25,514 nucleotides of DNA from Prevotellaceae bacterium (GCA_031290755.1 JAITMY010000046.1:1-25514); one strand, 5' to 3'. Counted from the first letter of the stretch, positions 7,752-16,214 are shown. The notes: generated from the letters alone by a model not told the origin. A program made the numbers and translations.

Positions 7752-9851
7752 CTAAAACTTGACTAACAGCTGAAGCTTCAGCTCGGTTTGGTAAGGGGCG
7801 GCTATCAGGGTGAGGCCTTCGCCAACGGTGGGGCGGTCGTAGTAGCGGGTGCGGGCGCAGCGCAGCCAGAGGTCTATGCGGGGCGTGGGCTGCCACTGGA
7901 GGTTGGCCACCCAGCGGGCGCCGCGCCCGTAGTAGGCGGGCACGGTGAAGGCGTAGAGCACGTCGCGCTCGTAGGCGTAGAGGCGCGAGGCGTAGCCGTC
8001 GGTGCTGAACAGGGCGTAGCGCAGGGAGGCAGTCAGGGGGAGGCGGGGGAGGGCGTAGGCGAGGTCTTGGAAGGCAAGGAGGCCACGCTCGGGCGGCTGC
8101 CCCTGCTTGCGGTAGGCGGAGGCTTCGAGGCGGGTTTCGCAGCTCAGGCCGTCGAGCAGGCGGTAGGCGATGCTGTAGCGGGCGGCGGCCTTTTCTACCG
8201 GCACGGTTATCTTTGTGGGGACGGCAGCCTCGGCGGCGGCGTTCTCCTCCTTGGCCTCGTAGCGCAGGCGGACGTACATGCGGCAGCTCTGGCGGGGGGT
8301 GTAGTCCACCTGTAGCAGGGCGTCGAAGCCGCTGGAGGGGGCGCTCACCCTGTACCGGAGCCACGGGAAGGAGAAGGCGTCGAAGCCCACGGTAATCTTC
8401 AGCTGGGGGAAGAGGAGGTTGGCGCCGAGGTAGAGGCCGCTCTCGTTGGCCACCTTGCCGCCCTCGGCGAAGGCGCTGGCGTAGTAGGCCTGATACTGAG
8501 GCTGGTAGTAGCGGTGGAGCAGCGAGAGCTGGAGGCGCGGGGCAACGCTGGCCATGCAGCCGTTGAGGACGGCGAGGCCACCGTTCTGGCTCAGGCCTAC
8601 CTCGCCGAAGGCGCGGAGCTGCCTGTAGAACCAGCGGTAGTCGGCGCTGAGGTTGGCGTTTTGGCTCCGCTGTAGCTCGAAGAGGCTGTAGGGCTGCACG
8701 TTTTTCTGGTACTCGCCCGCAAAGCGGTGCCACAGGCCGGTCAGCCCCAGCCGCAGGCGCTTGGCGCTGTAGGCTACGTTGGCGCCGGCCACCAGCTCGC
8801 CCACGGCGCCCTTGTCGGCCATGCTCTTGGGCGTGTTGTGCAGGCCGGTGGTTTGCAGGGTCGAGAAGCTGCCGGAGGAGTCCGCGCCGGCATCCACGTT
8901 TTTGTAGGAGATGAAGGCGGTGGCGGTGAGCGGCTTGGCGAGCCGGATGGTGGCGGCGGCGCCCCGAAAGAACATGTTCTCGTTGGCGCCGCTGTAGGCC
9001 ACGATGCCGCCGCCGCGGGCGGCCACGCCGAGGGCGTCGCTGGTTTTGCCGAAGGCGCCGCCCTGCCACAGCGCGAGGCCCTGCCCAAACTGGGCGTAGA
9101 AGTCGCCCACTACGAGCGTGCGCACCCGCCCGACGTTGCTTAGCTGCACGTGCCCGGAGTAGAAGTCGAAGCCAGCCTCGTTACCCCTTCGGCCAAAGGG
9201 TTCGCCGGCGTCCTTCTCTGCGGTCAGCCCCCAGCGGAGGTTGTCGCGGTAGGTGTAGCGGTAGCGGAGGTAGGTTGCCTGCGGGCTGCCGAGGTAGCGG
9301 GCGTTGGGCTTTTGCTGTAGCTCGTCGTCGCCGATAGGCGCGTAGCCCTGCTGCTCCTCAAGGGTTTGCTTGGCGCGTGCCAGCAGCTGGTGCTGCCCGC
9401 TGGTAAGCATACGGCGCAGCGAGGGCTGCTGGGCGTCCTTGTGTGGGCGCACCACCACGAAAGGCTCCAGCAGCGCCACCTGCTCGGGCGAGATGCCGTG
9501 CACGTATTGCAGCTCGTAGAGGGTTTTCATTTCGCCCTGCTGCGCCACGTACTCAAGGATGCTGGCCGCCTGAAACTCGTTGAGCACGCGCAGCTGTAGC
9601 AGCTCGGCTTCGGTGGCGGCGTTGAGGTTGAGCGGGCTGGCGGCGTAGCGCATCAGGGTTTCGTGCACCGTTTCCATAGTCAGGTCGGCATCCTCCAGCG
9701 TGGCCATTTTCTCCATAATCTGCTCAATGGCCTCCGGCGGGCTTAGGGCTGCCACGGGCAGCGCCGTCAGGGCGACCACGGCGGCGAGCAGGCAGGCGCG
9801 GAGGAGCCTCGCCGCTGCGCCGCGCCGGTGGGTGGGTAGGGTGCGCATCAC
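7752..9851 (-). CDS. ComEA-like helix-hairpin-helix domain protein fused to a large C-terminal outer-membrane beta-barrel
   Basis: Signal peptide; PLNLNAATEAELLQLRVLNEFQAASILEYVAQQGEMKTLYELQYVHGI is an HhH_3/ComEA pattern; then alternating amphipathic strands (GLTAEKDAGE, GDFYAQFGQGL, RLYAYERDVLY) ending in a terminal Phe (LQLLVKF). Confidence 0.85.
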   Translation of the reverse strand: MMRTLPTHRRGAAARLLRACLLAAVVALTALPVAALSPPEAIEQIMEKMATLEDADLTMETVHETLMRYAASPLNLNAATEAELLQLRVLNEFQAASILEYVAQQGEMKTLYELQYVHGISPEQVALLEPFVVVRPHKDAQQPSLRRMLTSGQHQLLARAKQTLEEQQGYAPIGDDELQQKPNARYLGSPQATYLRYRYTYRDNLRWGLTAEKDAGEPFGRRGNEAGFDFYSGHVQLSNVGRVRTLVVGDFYAQFGQGLALWQGGAFGKTSDALGVAARGGGIVAYSGANENMFFRGAAATIRLAKPLTATAFISYKNVDAGADSSGSFSTLQTTGLHNTPKSMADKGAVGELVAGANVAYSAKRLRLGLTGLWHRFAGEYQKNVQPYSLFELQRSQNANLSADYRWFYRQLRAFGEVGLSQNGGLAVLNGCMASVAPRLQLSLLHRYYQPQYQAYYASAFAEGGKVANESGLYLGANLLFPQLKITVGFDAFSFPWLRYRVSAPSSGFDALLQVDYTPRQSCRMYVRLRYEAKEENAAAEAAVPTKITVPVEKAAARYSIAYRLLDGLSCETRLEASAYRKQGQPPERGLLAFQDLAYALPRLPLTASLRYALFSTDGYASRLYAYERDVLYAFTVPAYYGRGARWVANLQWQPTPRIDLWLRCARTRYYDRPTVGEGLTLIAAPYQTELKLQLLVKF

Positions 9852-10708
9852 GGGGGCGTGGGTTTACTTTTCGGCGGGAAGCAGTAGCTGAGCGACAGCT
9901 GCGGCGAGTAGCCCAGCGCCTCGTGCCGCGAGAAGGCCATGTCAATGCGCAGCCTGCGGTAGGTGTAGCCAAATCCCGCGTAGATCTCCACCGGCTTGAG
10001 CTGCACCCCCAGCCGCACGGCGAGCACCTTGGCCACGAGCACCTCCACGCCTGCGCTGGCCTGCGCAGCCTGCGTGGAGCTTATCTTTGCCGCGAGAAAA
10101 ATTCCCACGTGGGGGGCAGCGTGGTAGCCCATGCCCACGTCGAACGCCACGGGCAGGCGCTCAAGGTAGGCATCGCTGAAGTAGCGGGCGCTGGTGAGGT
10201 TGAAGACATGGGCGCCCACCCAGAGGTTGTCCAGCGGCTCGGCCAGCAGGCCTGCCTCGCCGGTGAGGGCGTAGGTGCTGCCGTAGCCCGCCACCTGCAC
10301 GAGGTGGTAGTTGAGCTGCGCCCCCACCGCCATGCGCGGCGACAGGCGCTTGCCCACCGCCGCGCCCACCCGCGTTTCGCGGTACAGGGAGTAGCCGAAC
10401 GAGCACACGCTGAGGCCCAGCACCCCCACCACGGGGATGGGCGTGGCAAAGGCCGCCGCGCTAAGCCCCAGCTCCTCCGAGAAGTACCGGTTTTCGTAGT
10501 GCAGCGCGGCCTCCGGCGCGGCCAGAAACCCCAGCGCCGCTTGGTTGTTGTACACCGCGAAAACATCGGCGTTCACCACGCCGGCGTTGCCCAGGGCCGC
10601 CGCGCGGCTCCCCACGGGGAGCACGTTCACGTCGGCGAGGCAGGGCGCCACCGCTAAGCAGGCGCCGAGCAGGCAGGCGAGCTTCGCTATCAGGCTCCGG
10701 GTGACCAT
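9848..10708 (-). CDS. PorV/FadL-like small outer-membrane beta-barrel protein
   Basis: Start taken at ATG 10708 (MVTRSLIAKL..., signal peptide), because the track's longer start overlaps dprA. GSRAAALGNAG...VYNNQAALGF N-terminal motif typical of FadL/PorV-like barrels; amphipathic strands; stop overlaps the next ATG (ATGA, 9848-9851). Confidence 0.75.
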   Translation of the reverse strand: MVTRSLIAKLACLLGACLAVAPCLADVNVLPVGSRAAALGNAGVVNADVFAVYNNQAALGFLAAPEAALHYENRYFSEELGLSAAAFATPIPVVGVLGLSVCSFGYSLYRETRVGAAVGKRLSPRMAVGAQLNYHLVQVAGYGSTYALTGEAGLLAEPLDNLWVGAHVFNLTSARYFSDAYLERLPVAFDVGMGYHAAPHVGIFLAAKISSTQAAQASAGVEVLVAKVLAVRLGVQLKPVEIYAGFGYTYRRLRIDMAFSRHEALGYSPQLSLSYCFPPKSKPTPP

Positions 10709-10722
10709 AGGTGTACTTGCTT

Positions 10723-11841
10723 TTAAATTCTCACAAACATTTTTCCGGGCAGCGCTTTCACCAAGCCGCTGAACTCCATGTTGAGCAGCGCCGACGAGGC
10801 CTGCGACATGGACAGCCCCACGCTGCGGCAAATCACGTCAACGCTTTGCGCCTCGGCGGAGGCGGATAAAAAGGTCAGCAGCTGCTGCTCGGCCTCCGAA
10901 AGGTTTTCGGGGAAGATGGGCAGCTGCACGGCGGCGGGCTTCCGCTTCACGTCCCAGCTGAGGGTGCAGGCCACGTCCGTCGCGCCTTCAATGAGCGAGG
11001 CCTTGTTGCTCTTAATGAGCTGTAGGCAGCCCTCCGAGGCCTTGTCGCCCACGCGACCGGGGATGGCCATCACCTCGCGGGAGTACTCGAAGGCCATGCC
11101 TGCGGTAGTGAGCGACCCGCCTTTTGCCGCCGACTCCACCACGATGGTGGCATCGGCCATGCCGGCCACGATGCGGTTGCGCTGCACGAAGTTCGCCGGG
11201 TCTATCTTGCACTTTGAGGTAAATTCGCTGAGCAGGGCGCCGCCGTGCTGTAGCATCTCGTGGGCAACGCTGGCGTGCTGCTGGGGGTAGAGCGTGTCCA
11301 AGCCGTGCCCCAACACCGCCACCGTGGGCAGGCCGTTTTTCAGCGCGGCGCGGTGCGCACAAACGTCAATGCCAAACGCCAAGCCGCTCACCACAAGGGG
11401 GTTGTAGCCCTGCCCGGCCACCTCGTGCAGCAAGCTTTCGCATTGCTGCTTGCCGTAGGGGGTGGCGTTGCGCGTACCCACGATGCTCAGCACCTTTGCA
11501 GGGTTGAGGTCGGTGGCGCCCTTGACGTACAGCACCAGCGGGCCGTCGTCGCAGCTGCGCAGGCGCGTGGGGTAGTCCTTGTCGAGGTAAAACAGCGCCC
11601 GTATGCCGTTTTGCTCCACGAACGCCAGCTCTTCCTCGGCGCGGCGCAGCACGCTGGAGGTGGAGATGGCCTGCGCCGTAACCTGCCCGATGCTGGGGAT
11701 TTTTTGCAGCCGCAGCTTGTCCGAGCCGAGCGCAGCCCGTGCGCTGCCGCAGTAGGCAATTAACTTTTTTGCCGTGATGCTCCCCACGCCCGGAATGAGC
11801 GTGAGGGCAATCTGGTATAAAAGTTCCTCGCTCTCTGCCAC
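10723..11841 (-). CDS. dprA: DNA-processing protein DprA (Smf)
   Basis: LTLIPGVG, YPTRL...DGPLVLYVKG, SIVGTRNATPYG, VSGLAFGIDVCAHRAAL, AVLGHGLD, FVQRNRIVAG, KGGSLTTA, C-terminal winged helix (LLNMEFSGLVKALPG). GTG start. Confidence 0.97.
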   Translation of the reverse strand: MAESEELLYQIALTLIPGVGSITAKKLIAYCGSARAALGSDKLRLQKIPSIGQVTAQAISTSSVLRRAEEELAFVEQNGIRALFYLDKDYPTRLRSCDDGPLVLYVKGATDLNPAKVLSIVGTRNATPYGKQQCESLLHEVAGQGYNPLVVSGLAFGIDVCAHRAALKNGLPTVAVLGHGLDTLYPQQHASVAHEMLQHGGALLSEFTSKCKIDPANFVQRNRIVAGMADATIVVESAAKGGSLTTAGMAFEYSREVMAIPGRVGDKASEGCLQLIKSNKASLIEGATDVACTLSWDVKRKPAAVQLPIFPENLSEAEQQLLTFLSASAEAQSVDVICRSVGLSMSQASSALLNMEFSGLVKALPGKMFVRI

Positions 11842-11852
11842 GCTACGTTACG

Positions 11853-13103
11853 CTACAATTTGAACTCCTTTTTTATGGCGCTCACAAAGTCCAGCTTCTC
11901 CCACGTGAAGAACTCGACCTCCTTGGCCTGCTTTTTGCCGTCGATTTGCAGCTCCACCTTTTTCTTAAACGGTGCGCGGCCAAAGTGCCCGTAGGAGGCG
12001 GTGGCCTCAAAAATCGGGTTGAGCAGCGACAGGCGCTGCACAATGGCGTAGGGGCGCAGGTCGAACAGCTTCTCTATCTTTGCGGCGATTTCGCCATCGC
12101 TCAGCTTCACCTTGGCGGTGCCGTAGGTGTTTACGTAAACGCCCACCGGCTTGGCCACGCCAATGGCGTAGGCCACCTGCACGAGCACCTGCTCTGCGAC
12201 TTTGGCCGCCACCAAGTTTTTGGCAATGTGCCGGGCTGCGTAGGCTGCCGAGCGGTCAACCTTGCTGCTGTCCTTGCCCGAAAACGCGCCGCCGCCGTGG
12301 GCGCCCCAGCCGCCGTAGGTGTCCACGATAATCTTGCGGCCTGTAAGCCCCGTGTCGCCGTGCGGCCCGCCGATAACGAACTTGCCCGTGGGGTTCACGT
12401 GCAGGATAAGCTTCTTGTCGAACAGCTTGGCCACGCCCGCGCCCAGCTTCTTGACGGTGCGCGGAATGAGGATGCTCTCCACGTCCTCCTTGATTTTTTT
12501 GAGCATCGCCGCATCCTTGTCAAACTCGTCGTGCTGCGTAGAAATCACGACGGTGTGCACGCGCTGCGGCTTGCTGTTTTCGCCGTACTCAACGGTAACT
12601 TGGCTTTTGCTGTCCGGGCGGAGGTACTTCATCACCTTACCCTCGCGGCGGATGGCGGCCAGCTCCACGAGCAGCTCGTGCGCAATGGTGAGCGAAAGGG
12701 GCATCAGCTCCTTCGTCTCGTTGCAGGCGTAGCCAAACATGATGCCCTGGTCGCCGGCGCCCTGCTCCTCGGCCTTGCGCCGCACCACGCCGCGGTTGAT
12801 GTCCGGCGACTGCGCGTGGATGGCGGAGATCACGCCGCACGACTTGCTCTCGAACATGTACTCGCCCTTGTTGTAGCCAATGCGCTCAATCACGCGGCGA
12901 GCCGTTTCCTGCACGTCCACGTAGGCGGTGGTGTTCACCTCCCCGCTCAGCACGCAGAGGCCGGTGGTAACAAGCGTTTCGCACGCCACCTTCGACGCCG
13001 GGTCTTGACTTAGGAATGCGTCAACAAGCGCATCCGAAATTTGGTCGGCAACCTTGTCCGGGTGCCCTTCAGAGACAGACTCTGATGTGAAAAAGTAAGC
13101 CAT
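11853..13103 (-). CDS. metK: S-adenosylmethionine synthetase
   Basis: [72 protein letters not shown]. Confidence 0.99.
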   Translation of the reverse strand: MAYFFTSESVSEGHPDKVADQISDALVDAFLSQDPASKVACETLVTTGLCVLSGEVNTTAYVDVQETARRVIERIGYNKGEYMFESKSCGVISAIHAQSPDINRGVVRRKAEEQGAGDQGIMFGYACNETKELMPLSLTIAHELLVELAAIRREGKVMKYLRPDSKSQVTVEYGENSKPQRVHTVVISTQHDEFDKDAAMLKKIKEDVESILIPRTVKKLGAGVAKLFDKKLILHVNPTGKFVIGGPHGDTGLTGRKIIVDTYGGWGAHGGGAFSGKDSSKVDRSAAYAARHIAKNLVAAKVAEQVLVQVAYAIGVAKPVGVYVNTYGTAKVKLSDGEIAAKIEKLFDLRPYAIVQRLSLLNPIFEATASYGHFGRAPFKKKVELQIDGKKQAKEVEFFTWEKLDFVSAIKKEFKL

Positions 13104-13190
13104 AATTTTTTTAGCTATACGTTAAACCATAAACACACTTGCTGTTCCACAGCGTGAATAGATTTGGAAGATACTCGCAAAGAAAGGTCT

Positions 13191-13240
13191 GCGGGTTTAG
13201 CATTTTTTTTCGTGGTTGCAATCGGCCAAATCTGTCCACC
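13191..13240 (-). ncRNA. SAM-II (SAM-alpha)-like riboswitch in the metK leader
   Basis: Minus strand GGUGG-ACA-GAUUUG-GCCGA-UUGC-AA-CCAC-G-A8-U-GCUAAA: P1 GUGG/CCAC plus the conserved GAUUU, UUGC and GCUAAA elements of SAM-II. It sits just downstream of a TACCTTCG promoter box (13256-13263) and upstream of metK. The P2a pairing is not obvious. Confidence 0.72.
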
Positions 13241-13372
13241 TGATAAAACTGGGAGCGAAGGTAGCAGTTTTTCGACATGCTATAGCTGTTTTATAGTTAA
13301 AAAACGTAAAGCAGCAGCATTTATTTTTGGGGCACCACACACCTATTAGCAGCGGCGTAGGGAGCGCAAGGC

Positions 13373-13408
13373 AAAAAAAGAACTCCCACAAGGTAGGAGT
13401 TCTTTTTT
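13373..13408 (-). terminator. Intrinsic (probably bidirectional) terminator after the Cys-rich lipoprotein gene
   Basis: AAAAAAGAACTCC-cacaaggta-GGAGTTCTTTTTT perfect inverted repeat. Confidence 0.85.
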
Positions 13409-13436
13409 ACGAGGGGATCATCCCTTTTTGCGTGGC

Positions 13437-13952
13437 CTACTTTGCGTGGCAATCGGCGGCAGCGGCGCTGTCCTTCTTGCAGCTTGTGCTGTCCTTCTTG
13501 CAGCAACCCTTGCCTTCGTCCTTCTTGCAGCAGCCCTTGCCGTCCTTTTTGCAGCACTCGGCCTTTTTAATGCACTTGGCAGAAACGATGTACTTCTCGG
13601 CCACAAACGCTATTGTGGTAACGCTGTCCACCTGCACCGAATCCGTAAAGCTACCCTCTACCACGGTGCCCACGATGCTAACAGGCTTGCCGCACATGCT
13701 GGGGCATACCTTTGCTGAGTCCACGGCCTGCACCAGAATGTACTTGGTAGAGTCGCTACCAAACACGGCGATGTGCCCTTGCTCAACGTTAGTAACACAT
13801 GCCTTTCCGGTAAAGGTTACCTCCTTACCTACAAACTCTGCGGGATTGCCAATGAGCTTATCCACGCACACGCTGCTGTCCTTTTTCCCACAGCAACAAG
13901 CAGCCACAACCATCATCATCGCTGCGAACGAAACAAATACAAGTTTTTTCAT
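13437..13952 (-). CDS. Hypothetical lipoprotein: OB-fold-like core plus CCKKD-repeat Cys-rich tail
   Basis: Start taken at ATG 13952 (MKKLVFVSFAAMMMVVAAC, lipoprotein signal), downstream of TACCTTTG at 14003-14010. Core VDKLIGNPAEFVGKEVTFTG resembles Bacteroidota OB-fold lipoproteins. 16 Cys in 171 aa. Confidence 0.8.
   Translation of the reverse strand: MKKLVFVSFAAMMMVVAACCCGKKDSSVCVDKLIGNPAEFVGKEVTFTGKACVTNVEQGHIAVFGSDSTKYILVQAVDSAKVCPSMCGKPVSIVGTVVEGSFTDSVQVDSVTTIAFVAEKYIVSAKCIKKAECCKKDGKGCCKKDEGKGCCKKDSTSCKKDSAAAADCHAK
13470..13555. repeat. Intragenic tandem repeat (4 x 14-bp core GTCCTT(C/T)TTGCAGC)
   Basis: Copies at 13470, 13491, 13518 and 13542 (spacing 21/27/24 nt, all in frame), encoding (C)CKKD units. 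Confidence 0.9.
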
Positions 13953-14354
13953 CTGTTTTTTCTTGAAAACTAATTTATTAATTATGAATTTTAAATCAGC
14001 GGCAAAGGTACACAAATTTTTGCTGCAAATTTACCTTTAACTGAATTTAGTAGTGGCCGCATCAGCGAAAGGCAGCGAGTTGGTTAGTAATACTAACCAG
14101 TTGAAAATGCTTGCCGAAGTAGCGGCCACCGATATTTCCCATTGAGCGACAACCTGCCAGCTTCAACGAAAGCGCTTGAGGTGGTAAAAGAGGGCGCGGA
14201 AGTTGCCCGCCTACAAATAGAGAAAAGCGCCGGTAAACTGTCTGTTGCGCCACGTGCGCACGTAGCTTTCGGTTGGGGGCAATAAAAAAACGTGGGAGTA
14301 CTTTTTGCCTCTGAGGTCGTAGGAAACCATGCCACAAATAAGTAAGCCCACGTC

Positions 14355-14381
14355 AAAAGCTGCCTTGCGGCAGCAAAGGTA
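14355..14381 (-). terminator. GNRA hairpin terminator of rsgA overlapping a TACCTTTG promoter box
   Basis: Minus strand TACCTTT-GCTGCC-GCAA-GGCAGC-TTTT. Confidence 0.6.
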
Positions 14382-14402
14382 GCACTATTTTCTTAGTTTA
14401 CT

Positions 14403-15341
14403 TCACCTCCTATATTTTCCATCCTCGCTGCTGGCCATCATTTTGCGGTAGCTGGCGTAGCGGGCTTCGCTGATGCTGCCGCCCCGCACGGCGCTGCGCA
14501 CGGCGCACCCCGGCTCCCGAACGTGGGTGCAGCCGTTGAACCTACAGCGGCTGGAGGCCGCAAATATCTCCCTAAAGTAGTGCGACAGCTCCTGCGGCCT
14601 GATGTCCACCAAGCCAAAGCCCTTGATGCCGGGGGTGTCGATGAGGTAGGTGTCTTTGGCCACCTCTACCATTTCGGAAAGTGCGGTGGTGTGCTTGCCC
14701 CGGTTGTGGTAGCCCGATATTTCGCCCACGCGCAGGCCGGGCTGCGGGCTTAGCGCGTTGATGATGCTCGATTTGCCCACGCCCGAAATCCCCGAAAGCA
14801 GCGTTACCTTATTCAGCAGCAGCTGTAGCAGCCTGTCCATGTCGCCCTTGGCGGCGGTGGCCGAGGTTTTGAGCACCGCGTAGCCAATGGCGCTGTAGGT
14901 GTCCTCCATGCGTAGCGCCATGTCCATGCGCCGCTCGTCGTACAGGTCTATTTTGTTGATGAGCAGCGTAGCCGGAATGCTGTACGCCTCGGCGGAGGCC
15001 AGAAAGCGGTCGATGAACTCAAGGCTGGTGGGCGGGGCGTCCACCGTAACCACCAAAAATGTCTGGTCGATGTTGGCCGCAATGACGTGCGCCTCCTTCG
15101 ACAGGTTCGCGGCGCGGCGGATAATGTAGTTGCGGCGCGGCGCCAGCGCGGTTATCACCGGCGTGTCGCCAAGCTCGTAGGTTACCATGTCCCCCACGGT
15201 TAGCGGGTTGGTGGTGCGCACGTCCCGGAGCCTCAGCTTGCCGCGTACTTTGCACTCGCGCCGCGCTCCGGACGCCGCGTCCCGCACCGTGTAGCTGCTG
15301 CCGGCAGCTTTTACCACTATCCCTGTGCTCATGTTGCCCAT
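14403..15341 (-). CDS. rsgA: Ribosome small subunit-dependent GTPase A
   Basis: N-terminal OB fold, AANID, NKIDL, GISGVGKSSIIN (G1), GKHTT, DTPG, Zn finger CRFNGCTHVREPGC. Alternative start at 15332. Promoter TACCTTTG at 15380-15387. Confidence 0.97.
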   Translation of the reverse strand: MGNMSTGIVVKAAGSSYTVRDAASGARRECKVRGKLRLRDVRTTNPLTVGDMVTYELGDTPVITALAPRRNYIIRRAANLSKEAHVIAANIDQTFLVVTVDAPPTSLEFIDRFLASAEAYSIPATLLINKIDLYDERRMDMALRMEDTYSAIGYAVLKTSATAAKGDMDRLLQLLLNKVTLLSGISGVGKSSIINALSPQPGLRVGEISGYHNRGKHTTALSEMVEVAKDTYLIDTPGIKGFGLVDIRPQELSHYFREIFAASSRCRFNGCTHVREPGCAVRSAVRGGSISEARYASYRKMMASSEDGKYRR

Positions 15342-15446
15342 AATTTTATACCTTTACGCTGCGAAAGGGGCAGCGCCGGCAAAGGTAGCGGAAATGCCCC
15401 AGATTTGCAACTGTAACACAGATAAAACAACGTAATTATTCATGCT

Positions 15447-16214
15447 ATGAAGCTGATTTCCTACAACGTAAACGGGCTGAGGGCCGCTATGGGCAAGGGC
15501 TTGACCGAGTGGCTCAGGGAGGCTAACGGCGACGTGCTGTGCCTCCAGGAGATTAAGGCAACGCAGGAGCAGATTGACGAGGCCGCGCTGCGCGCCCTGG
15601 GCTACGAGCACCTCTTTTGGTACTCGGCGCAGAAAAGGGGCTACAGCGGCACCGCCGTCCTCTGCAAGGCCAAGCCCAACGACGTGCGCTACGGCATGGG
15701 CATCCGCGAATACGACAGCGAGGGGCGCCTGCTCCGCGTGGACTTCGACGCGTTTACGCTCATCTGCACCTACTTCCCGTCCGGCACCTCGGGCGACGAG
15801 CGGCAGGCCTTCAAGATGCGCTACTTAGAGGACTTCTCCCGCTACATCGCCGCCCTGCGCCGCGAAAAGCCCAACCTCATCATCACCGGCGACCTCAACA
15901 TTTGCCACAAGCCCATCGACATCAACCGCCCCGAAAAGCACGAGACCATGTCGGGCTTCCTGCCCGAAGAGCGGGCGTGGTTCGACGGCTTTGTCGGCTC
16001 CGGCTTTGTCGATACGTTTCGCGCCTTCAGCCAAGCGCCCAACCAGTATAGCTGGTGGAGCTTTCGCGCCGGCGCCCGCGCCAAAAACCTCGGCTGGCGC
16101 ATCGACTACTTTCTGTGCACCGCCTCGCTACAGGGCAAGCTCCGAGGCGCAGGCATCTACCCCGCCGCCGTCCACTCCGACCACTGCCCCGTGGCCGTGG
16201 AGGTGGAGGTGTAA
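15447..16214 (+). CDS. xth: Exodeoxyribonuclease III / AP endonuclease
   Basis: ISYNVNGLRA, LCLQEIK, GYSGTAV, DSEGR, GDLNICH, WWSFRA, GWRIDY, SDHCP. Confidence 0.97.
   Translation: MKLISYNVNGLRAAMGKGLTEWLREANGDVLCLQEIKATQEQIDEAALRALGYEHLFWYSAQKRGYSGTAVLCKAKPNDVRYGMGIREYDSEGRLLRVDFDAFTLICTYFPSGTSGDERQAFKMRYLEDFSRYIAALRREKPNLIITGDLNICHKPIDINRPEKHETMSGFLPEERAWFDGFVGSGFVDTFRAFSQAPNQYSWWSFRAGARAKNLGWRIDYFLCTASLQGKLRGAGIYPAAVHSDHCPVAVEVEV

Noticed and set aside
11838-11858. Short duplication TAGCGT at the metK-dprA junction
   Set aside because: Six to seven bp only, expected by chance; no element lies between the copies.
14040-14400. tmRNA, SRP, RNase P, 6S, purine or cobalamin riboswitch
   Set aside because: I found none of their diagnostic motifs (no GGAA-GGAAGCAG SRP loop, no GAGGAAAGUCC, no tRNA-like ends, incomplete B12 box). 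Reported as unknown structured elements instead.
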